Below are positions 57,479-64,000 of a stretch of DNA of 64,000 nt, piece after piece. The notes beneath the pieces were generated by a model that had not been told where the DNA came from, ran no database searches, and was given only the letters and a program-made list of their open reading frames with translations. A program made the position numbers and the translations under genes. This stretch comes from an uncultured Eubacteriales bacterium (GTDB lineage Bacteria > Bacillota > Clostridia > Christensenellales > UBA1242), in assembly GCA_902476355.1 (NCBI GenBank), contig CABSCS010000008.1:8868-72867 (forward strand), in the 5' to 3' direction. The stretch's first letter is position 1. Every line of letters begins with the position of its first letter.

Positions 57479-58783
57479 ATGAGTATTCAAGATTTGCTTT
57501 ATAAAAAAACTCTAGGAATGTCACTTACAAAAGAAGAAATTGATCTTATTATTTTGTCATATTATCAAGGCAAATATAATGATGCAAAAATGATTGATTT
57601 TTTAAAAACCATTGATGTTGACAATTTTTCATATGAAGAAACATTTTATCTTGCCGATGCGCTTGCTTCTTTTGGAAACAAACTTGACATTCAAAAAGAT
57701 GTTGGCTTTGTTCTTGACAAACACAGTGCTGGGGAATATTCTGATGCAAGCACTTTGATATTCATGTCTGTTTTGGCTTCTCTTGGTGTGAAAAATGTGA
57801 AATCACTTTCAAGCACCTATGGAACATTTAACAACTCACTTGACAGGTTCATGTTGTTTGATGGATTCAATGCAAAAATTTCTCGTGACAGACTTGTTCA
57901 AATTATAAACAAAACAAATGCTGGTGTTATTGAAGAGGATAACTTTGCCATTCTTGATAAAAAACTTTATAAACTTGCAAGAAAATTTCGAATCAATTCA
58001 ATTCCTTTCACCGCTGCATCAATACTTGCAAAAAAGATTGCGACAGGTGCAAGCGCAATTGTTTTTGATGTTAAAACCGGAGAGGGGGCAATGTTTCAAT
58101 CTGAAATCTATGCCGAAACCCTTGCAAAGTATCTTGTTGAAAGTGCAAAACTTGCGGGCTTTAAAGTTTCGGCAGTGATAAGCAATCTTGATCAACCTCT
58201 TGGCTCTTCGGTTGGGCTTCGAGTTGAGGTTGAAGAAGCACTTTCAGTAATCAGATGTGAGAAATCTCTTTATGCTTCAAAACTTCTTGATGTTTCTAAA
58301 GAACTTGTTATAAATGCACTTATTTTGGCAGACTCAAAAATTACAAGAGTTGATGCTTCAAAAATGTTTGATGATGCAATCAATTCTGGAAATGCGCTCA
58401 ACAAATTCAGAGAAATTATTGCTGAATATGGTGGCGAATTTGTAGACTTTAAACACACGCCAGACAAACTTCTTGATGGTGTTCATGTTTCATATCTATC
58501 GGCAAACAAAAGTGGATATGTGAATGATATTGTAATTTCAAGAGTTGTAAATGCATATAAAAACCTTGCATTTAAAAATGATAAAATTGATGATAAAAAT
58601 GCAGGAATTGTTCTCCTTGTTGGAGAGGGGGATAAAATTTCAGAAGGAGATTTCATTGCAAGAATCTTCTATAATATTGAAAACAAAAAGTTTTCTGAAA
58701 GTCTTGTGATGTTGAAAGATGCATTCACGATTTCGCAAACAAAACCAACAAGCAAAAAGATTTTATATAAAGTGATAATCTAA
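57479..58783 (+). CDS. Thymidine/pyrimidine-nucleoside phosphorylase-family protein with divergent phosphate-binding loops
   Basis: Collinear with the PyNP/TP family (DKKLY, SIP..AASILAKKIA, DVKTGEGAMF, C-terminal domain). However, it has HSAGEYSD where the family has HSTGGVGD, and SSTYGTFNNSLDRF where it has SGRGLGHTGGTIDKLE. Confidence 0.7.
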   Translation: MSIQDLLYKKTLGMSLTKEEIDLIILSYYQGKYNDAKMIDFLKTIDVDNFSYEETFYLADALASFGNKLDIQKDVGFVLDKHSAGEYSDASTLIFMSVLASLGVKNVKSLSSTYGTFNNSLDRFMLFDGFNAKISRDRLVQIINKTNAGVIEEDNFAILDKKLYKLARKFRINSIPFTAASILAKKIATGASAIVFDVKTGEGAMFQSEIYAETLAKYLVESAKLAGFKVSAVISNLDQPLGSSVGLRVEVEEALSVIRCEKSLYASKLLDVSKELVINALILADSKITRVDASKMFDDAINSGNALNKFREIIAEYGGEFVDFKHTPDKLLDGVHVSYLSANKSGYVNDIVISRVVNAYKNLAFKNDKIDDKNAGIVLLVGEGDKISEGDFIARIFYNIENKKFSESLVMLKDAFTISQTKPTSKKILYKVII

Positions 58784-58849
58784 AAAAAACGCAAAAATGT
58801 GTTTGTAACATTAAAAAACGCGTTCAAAACTATAAAAATTGGAGAAAAT

Positions 58850-59530
58850 ATGCTTTTTAGAAGAAAAGAAAAATATGTTGAAACAAGTCAACCTGCATTC
58901 GTAAATGATGCTGTTGAGTTCACTTTGCTTGACCCAAGAGCAATTGATTCTGACATTAAAACACTTGTGAACATTGCAATTAAAAACAACTATTATGCTG
59001 TTTGTGTGAACCCAACAAATGTGTTTGTTGCAAAAGACATTATTTCAAAATGTTCTAAGCCGGACATTAAAATTGTGTCGGTTGTTGGGTTTCCTCTTGG
59101 TGCGAACAAAATTGCAACAAAAGTTGAAGAGGCAAGAAACGCAATTGCAGACGGTGCTGATGAACTTGACATTGTGATAAACATTGCAAAAGCAAAAGAA
59201 AATGATTTTGGATATATTAAAGATGAACTTTCAAGAATTGTTCGAATTTCAAAAGGTAGAATTTTGAAAGCAGTTATTGAAACTTGCTATCTTACGAGAG
59301 AAGAAATCAAAAATGTTTGCAAAGCGTGCATTAAAGCCAAAGTTGACTATGTGATGACCTCGACTGGTTATGGCAATGGCGGTGCAAATGTTGAAGATGT
59401 TTCATTTATTCATGAAATGTTAGAGGGCAGGTGTGCAGTGAAAGCAAGTGGTGGAATACGCTCAAAGGCACAAGCAGAGGAACTTATTCGTGCAGGTGCA
59501 ATTCGAATTGGAACAAGCAGGGTGATATGA
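58850..59530 (+). CDS. deoC: Deoxyribose-phosphate aldolase homologue (Met at the Schiff-base Lys position)
   Basis: CVNPT, VVGFPLGAN, ELDIVINI, KAVIETC, AVKASGGIR all present. The family motif DFVKTSTGF reads DYVMTSTGY here (ATG at 59354-59356). Confidence 0.75.
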   Translation: MLFRRKEKYVETSQPAFVNDAVEFTLLDPRAIDSDIKTLVNIAIKNNYYAVCVNPTNVFVAKDIISKCSKPDIKIVSVVGFPLGANKIATKVEEARNAIADGADELDIVINIAKAKENDFGYIKDELSRIVRISKGRILKAVIETCYLTREEIKNVCKACIKAKVDYVMTSTGYGNGGANVEDVSFIHEMLEGRCAVKASGGIRSKAQAEELIRAGAIRIGTSRVI

Positions 59531-59943
59531 TGAAAAAATATATTTCTAACAGTGTCGAAGACACAAATAAAATTGCAGAAGAATTTGCAAGAACGATAGA
59601 ACCTGGACAAATTGTGCTTTTGGTTGGAGACCTTGGCGCTGGGAAAACCGCTTTTGTGAAAGGTGTTGTGAAGGCTCTTCATGGCGACCCAGACCAAGTG
59701 ACAAGCCCAACCTTTACAATTGTGAACGAATATTCGCTTGATGATTTTCCAATTTATCACTTTGACCTTTACAGGCTTGAAAATCCAAATGAACTTTATA
59801 ATATTGGTTTTGAAGAATATTTCTATGGCTCGGGCGTTTGCTTTATAGAGTGGCCAGAGCGTGCTTCTGACTTTTTTGATGACAATACAATTGTTGTAAA
59901 CATCAAAAAACTAGGAGACAACAAAAGAGAAATTTCTTTTTAG
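59527..59943 (+). CDS. tsaE: tRNA t6A37 biosynthesis protein TsaE
   Basis: GDLGAGKTAFVKG, SPTFT, HFDLYR. Start overlaps the deoC stop (ATGA). Confidence 0.85.
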   Translation: MMKKYISNSVEDTNKIAEEFARTIEPGQIVLLVGDLGAGKTAFVKGVVKALHGDPDQVTSPTFTIVNEYSLDDFPIYHFDLYRLENPNELYNIGFEEYFYGSGVCFIEWPERASDFFDDNTIVVNIKKLGDNKREISF

Positions 59944-59949
59944 GAGAAA

Positions 59950-60552
59950 ATGATGAAAACTTTAATTTTAGATGCTTCATATGCACAAAAGGTTGCCTTG
60001 CTTGAAAATGGCAAACTTATTTGTGAAAAGATAAGCACAGGTGCAAAAGCCGACATTTTCATGACTCTTGTTGACGAGGTTTTGAAAAGCGCAAAAATAG
60101 ACATTGCAAACATTGATGAAATTTGCGTGAATGTTGGTCCAGGAAGTTTCACGGGCATTCGTGTTGCGGTGTCGGTTGCCAAAGGTCTTGGCATCACAAA
60201 AAATGTGAAATATAAACAATTTGATTCTTTCGATTATTTTGACAAAAAACAAAACATTGTTTTGGTTGGATTTTCAAACTATGTCTATGTTAAAATGGCA
60301 AACGGAAAAGAAGATTGCGTCTTGATTTCTGACCTTGACAAAAAACTTTCATATGTTGTTTGTGACCAAAAATTATTTGAAAAATTGAATATAAATGGTT
60401 TTAAAGTTAAACTTGAAAATCAACTTTCATTTGACAAGATTGATGCAATTATAAATGGTAAAAATGTTTCAATTTCTGAAATTAGACCGCTATATTTGCG
60501 TGCTTCTCAGGCAGAGATTCAACGTGAAAACAAACTTAAAGGAGTGAAATAA
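59950..60552 (+). CDS. tsaB: tRNA t6A37 biosynthesis protein TsaB
   Basis: ILDAS..., VNVGPGSFTGIRVAVSVAKG. Positioned between tsaE and rimI. Confidence 0.8.
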   Translation: MMKTLILDASYAQKVALLENGKLICEKISTGAKADIFMTLVDEVLKSAKIDIANIDEICVNVGPGSFTGIRVAVSVAKGLGITKNVKYKQFDSFDYFDKKQNIVLVGFSNYVYVKMANGKEDCVLISDLDKKLSYVVCDQKLFEKLNINGFKVKLENQLSFDKIDAIINGKNVSISEIRPLYLRASQAEIQRENKLKGVK

Positions 60553-60977
60553 TGGAATTTTCTATTGCAACCATAAATGATTTTGGAGAACTTGACGCTC
60601 TTCAAAAATCGTGTCTTGAAAAACTTGAACATCAAGATTTTGGATATATTTTAAGAAGTAAAAACTATCTTGTTTTGCAAGGTAAAATTGATGACAAAGT
60701 TGTTTGCTTTGTTTCGGCAACTGTGTCATTTGATCAGTCTGACATTTTGCAAGTTTGTGTTGATGAAAATTGGCGCAGACAAGGTTTTGCAAAAGAACTT
60801 TTAAAAGAACTTGAAAATATAATGAAAGAGAAGGGTGTTAAAGAATTGTTTCTTGAAGTGAACGAGAACAACGCGCCAGCACTTGCTCTTTACAGTTCAA
60901 TGAACTTTTCTGTTTTAAGCAAAAGAGAAAAATACTATGGTGAAGAAGATGCCATTGTAATGCACAAAGCACTTTAA
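60552..60977 (+). CDS. rimI: Ribosomal-protein-alanine N-acetyltransferase RimI
   Basis: GNAT motif A VDENWRRQGFAKELL. Conserved tsaE-tsaB-rimI order. Confidence 0.8.
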   Translation: MEFSIATINDFGELDALQKSCLEKLEHQDFGYILRSKNYLVLQGKIDDKVVCFVSATVSFDQSDILQVCVDENWRRQGFAKELLKELENIMKEKGVKELFLEVNENNAPALALYSSMNFSVLSKREKYYGEEDAIVMHKAL

Positions 60978-61000
60978 GATTTTTTGAAATTTTGTTTGAA

Positions 61001-61726
61001 ATGGATTTTGATTTTGTTTCTGGGAAAGGAAAATTTATATTTTTTTTACACGGCTGGGGTGGTGACAAAAACTCCTTTGCCATTATGAAGAACCATATTG
61101 CTGAAATTGACCGCAATATGGTTTTTGTTTCTTTCGCGGGTTTTGGAAACACGCCCGAGCTAAGCAAGCCATATTATGTTCAAGACTATGTGAACGACCT
61201 TGTTGATTTGATTGTTAAAGTAGCAAAAGGGAAAAGTGTTGACATTGTTTGCCATTCTTTTGGTGCGCGTGTTGCGGTTTTGCTTGCAAGTCAATATCCT
61301 TTGCTTGTGAATAAAATTATGATTATTGACGGTGCGGGAATAAAGCCAAGGCATGGTCTTGGATATTATTTGAAAGTTGCAAAATATAAAAAATTAAAGC
61401 GTCAAGTTTTGCGAAAAAAGAAGGATGCAAGTGTTCTTGAAAAATTTGGTTCAAATGATTATAAAGCACTTTCACATATGATGAAACAAACATTTATAAA
61501 TGTTGTAAATCAAGATTTGAAAAAAGAGGCAAGCAAAATAAAAACGCAAATTTTGCTGTTTTGGGGTGAAAAAGACACCGAAACACCACTATATATGGCA
61601 AAAAAGTATAAAAGGGTTTTAAAGGATAGTAAACTTGTTGTCGTCAAAAACGCAGGGCATTTTGCGTATCTTGACAACTTTGAATTGTTTTATGATTGTT
61701 TCAAAAAGTTTATTTTGCAAGATTAA
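61001..61726 (+). CDS. Alpha/beta-fold hydrolase
   Basis: FFLHGWGG oxyanion region, nucleophile elbow CHSFGA, C-terminal GHFAYLD. Start uncertain (TTG at 60992 or ATG at 61001). Confidence 0.7.
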   Translation: MDFDFVSGKGKFIFFLHGWGGDKNSFAIMKNHIAEIDRNMVFVSFAGFGNTPELSKPYYVQDYVNDLVDLIVKVAKGKSVDIVCHSFGARVAVLLASQYPLLVNKIMIIDGAGIKPRHGLGYYLKVAKYKKLKRQVLRKKKDASVLEKFGSNDYKALSHMMKQTFINVVNQDLKKEASKIKTQILLFWGEKDTETPLYMAKKYKRVLKDSKLVVVKNAGHFAYLDNFELFYDCFKKFILQD

Positions 61727-62126
61727 AAAGTAAGTGTGGGTGAAATGGTTGTCGGAGATAAAGTTTAGGATGTGCTATTATTAAAATCAAATTCAACCAA
61801 TAATTATTATCAAATTTGAAATTGTAATTTTGATAGTCTAAGATTTTGTTTTGCGAAATTTTCATGTGTGTTTAATCAATATTTTAAAACGTCGTTGTAA
61901 GAAAAAGATATTTTTGTTGACGATTACTTGTCTGTTATTTTTCATTTATGCAATTTTGCAGTAGGCATTAAACTTTCGTTTTGTTTAGGCATATTTAATC
62001 GCTTTCATTTGCATTGAATTTGTTTTTTAATATTTATTTCTTTACGAGTTCACTTTTTCAAGATAAATGCCAAATTGGTTGCGATATTTGTTTTTTTATT
62101 ATAAAATAAAAGAAGGAGAAAACTGT

Positions 62127-63818
62127 ATGAATTTTTCACAACTTATTCTTGAAAACACAAGCAATCTTGCAGACATGCCTGCACCATTTGGGTTTGACAC
62201 ATGGCTCACTTTTTGGCTTGTTATGGCAATTTCGGTTACAAACGCAATTTTGATGGCTTTTGTTGGATATAAATTTTTGCATGTTTTGCAACTTTCATCA
62301 TATCGAATGAAAGGCTATTTCAAATGGATAAAAGATAACAAGGGGAACGAATGGGGAAGACTTGTTGTTTTGTCGTTCTTGTCTTGCGCGGCACTGCTTA
62401 TTACGAATGTTTTGCTTGAAGACTTTTTCATTTATAAAATCATGACATATATTGGACTGGTTTTCTATTTGATTTTCTGTATTGTTTATATTGTGAACCA
62501 ATATTCAACCTCGCAAAAAGTTCCGCTTAAATATACAAAGCGAATGACAAGACTTGTTGTTGTCTATTCGATTCTTGTTTTTATTTTGACAGTTGTAATT
62601 TTGAATATTTCATTTTTATATATTCCATATTTCAAACATGGCGCAGTTGGACTTATTCCAATGTTTGTTCCACTTCTTGTTTGCCTTGCATATTATATTA
62701 CTTTGCCATTCGAAAAACTTCACAACCGCAGATTTGTGAAAAAGGCAACTGCAAAACTTGATGCTGACAAAAACCTTGTAAAAATTGGAATTACTGGAAG
62801 TTATGCAAAAACCTCGGTGAAGAACATTTTAACAACGCTTCTTTCAATCAAATATAAGGTTATTCAAACCCCACAAAGTTACAACACTCCTCTTGGAGTT
62901 TCGAAAACCATTCTTGAAAACTCGCTTGAAGGCTATGACATTTTCATTGCAGAAATGGGCGCAAGATATGTTGGCGACATTAAAGAACTTTGTGATATTG
63001 TAAAACCAAACATTGGAATTATTACTGGTCTTGGAAATCAACACCTTTTGACTTTTGGAAGTGAGGAAAATTTGGTTGCAACAAAAGGCGAACTTTCAGA
63101 TTATATTTGCAAAACAAACGGCAAAATGTTTTTTAATGGTGACTGTGAAAAATGCAAAATCCTGTTTGACAAATGCACTGCTGAAAAACAAATGTGCTTT
63201 GGCTTTGATGAGAAAAGCAGACTTTTTGCAAAAAACCTTGAATATGACAATCGTGGCGTTTCGTTTACAATTGTTCTTGATAAAAAAGAATATAAAACCC
63301 ACGCAGGGCTTCTTGGAAAACACAATGTTTCAAACATTATGCTTTGTGTTTCGGTTTGCTTGTCGCTTGGAATGACAATTGAAGAAGTTTTGAAAGGAAT
63401 TGAACTTTTGGTTCCATCTCCACACAGAATGGCGCTTGTTCCCTCAAACGGTGCACTTGTTATTATTGACGATGCATATAATGGTAGTGTGGAAGGTTCA
63501 AAGGCTGCCCTTGAAGTATTGACAAATTATAGTGGCACAAAAGTTGTTATCACTCCTGGACTTGTTGAACTTGGAAAAGAACAAGTTGAATCGAACAAAG
63601 AACTTGGAAAAATGATTGCAAAAAGTGCCGACTTTGTGATTATTAACGGAACAACAAACTATGAGAGTTTGCTTGCCGGCTTGAAAGAAGAAAACATGCC
63701 AGAAGACAAAATTCTTCGTGCAGGAAGTTTGCATCAAGCAACATCGCTTCTTTCAGAAATCACAAAACCTGGTGACGTTGTTTTGTTTGAAAACGATTTG
63801 CCAGACAACTATAACTAA
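62127..63818 (+). CDS. murF: UDP-MurNAc-tripeptide--D-alanyl-D-alanine ligase (MurF) with N-terminal polytopic membrane domain
   Basis: Mur ligase core GITGSYAKTS, AEMGARYVGDI, GLGNQHL, DDAYNGS. It is preceded by ~225 aa containing about 5 hydrophobic helices. ATG at 62127 after an AAGGAGA RBS. ddl follows. Confidence 0.8.
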   Translation: MNFSQLILENTSNLADMPAPFGFDTWLTFWLVMAISVTNAILMAFVGYKFLHVLQLSSYRMKGYFKWIKDNKGNEWGRLVVLSFLSCAALLITNVLLEDFFIYKIMTYIGLVFYLIFCIVYIVNQYSTSQKVPLKYTKRMTRLVVVYSILVFILTVVILNISFLYIPYFKHGAVGLIPMFVPLLVCLAYYITLPFEKLHNRRFVKKATAKLDADKNLVKIGITGSYAKTSVKNILTTLLSIKYKVIQTPQSYNTPLGVSKTILENSLEGYDIFIAEMGARYVGDIKELCDIVKPNIGIITGLGNQHLLTFGSEENLVATKGELSDYICKTNGKMFFNGDCEKCKILFDKCTAEKQMCFGFDEKSRLFAKNLEYDNRGVSFTIVLDKKEYKTHAGLLGKHNVSNIMLCVSVCLSLGMTIEEVLKGIELLVPSPHRMALVPSNGALVIIDDAYNGSVEGSKAALEVLTNYSGTKVVITPGLVELGKEQVESNKELGKMIAKSADFVIINGTTNYESLLAGLKEENMPEDKILRAGSLHQATSLLSEITKPGDVVLFENDLPDNYN

Positions 63819-63848
63819 TGGTCTTTCTTCCACAAAAGTGGAGGGAGA

Positions 63849-64000
63849 ATGAAAAATATTTTATTGGTGTTTGGCGGAAAATCGTTCGAACACGACATTT
63901 CAATTATAACCGCTCTTATCATTAAAAACCGCTACCAAAATGGGAAATATAATCTTGTTCCTGTTTATGTTTCGGCAAATGAAGAGTGGTTTTATTTTGC
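63849..64000 (+). CDS. ddl: D-alanine--D-alanine ligase, 3'-truncated by window edge
   Basis: MKNILLVFGGKSFEHDISIITA N-terminus typical of Ddl. RBS GGAGGGAG upstream. Confidence 0.8.
   Translation, partial: MKNILLVFGGKSFEHDISIITALIIKNRYQNGKYNLVPVYVSANEEWFYF

Overview
AT-rich window (GC not computed; looks mid-30s %) from a low-GC Bacillota-type chromosome. Almost all genes are on the + strand, in the classic Firmicute order: rnr, alr, rsmD, pta-ackA, yceD-rpmF, plsX-rnc-smc-ftsY, ylxM-ffh-rpsP-khpA, rimM-trmD-rbgA-rnhB-yraN-rplS, polA, ctsR-mcsA-mcsB-clpC, hpf, nth, obg, yhbY, T-box-pheST, tsaE-tsaB-rimI, murF-ddl. Between polA and ctsR (about 28.5-43.3 kb) lies a less conserved block. It holds a GNAT fusion, an SLT lytic transglycosylase, an ASCH-like protein, two very large membrane-anchored surface proteins, an orphan 447-aa ORF, a PD-(D/E)XK nuclease-family protein, tRNA-Leu, a YfhO-type membrane protein and a DUF1273/SLOG protein. 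I saw no integrase, transposase, phage genes, CRISPR array or rRNA. The most unusual signal is a pair of ~125-nt structured elements, one 3' of tRNA-Lys (2030-2155, +) and one 3' of tRNA-Leu (39472-39596, -). They share conserved blocks and three hairpins that change by compensatory substitutions. Each ends in a copy of its neighbouring tRNA's T-stem/acceptor/CCA 3' end. I cannot assign them to any RNA class or mobile element I know. Other items worth a second look: a tRNA-Leu that folds with anticodon AAG; a second, orphan CtsR operator in a 563-bp non-coding gap inside the rpsP...trmD cluster; a ~3.3-copy 119-120 bp tandem repeat between rplS and polA; a DeoC homologue with Met at the Schiff-base lysine position, next to a thymidine-phosphorylase-family protein with degenerate phosphate loops; and a MurF whose N-terminal domain is replaced by a polytopic membrane domain. 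All calls come from reading motifs by eye; no database searches were run.
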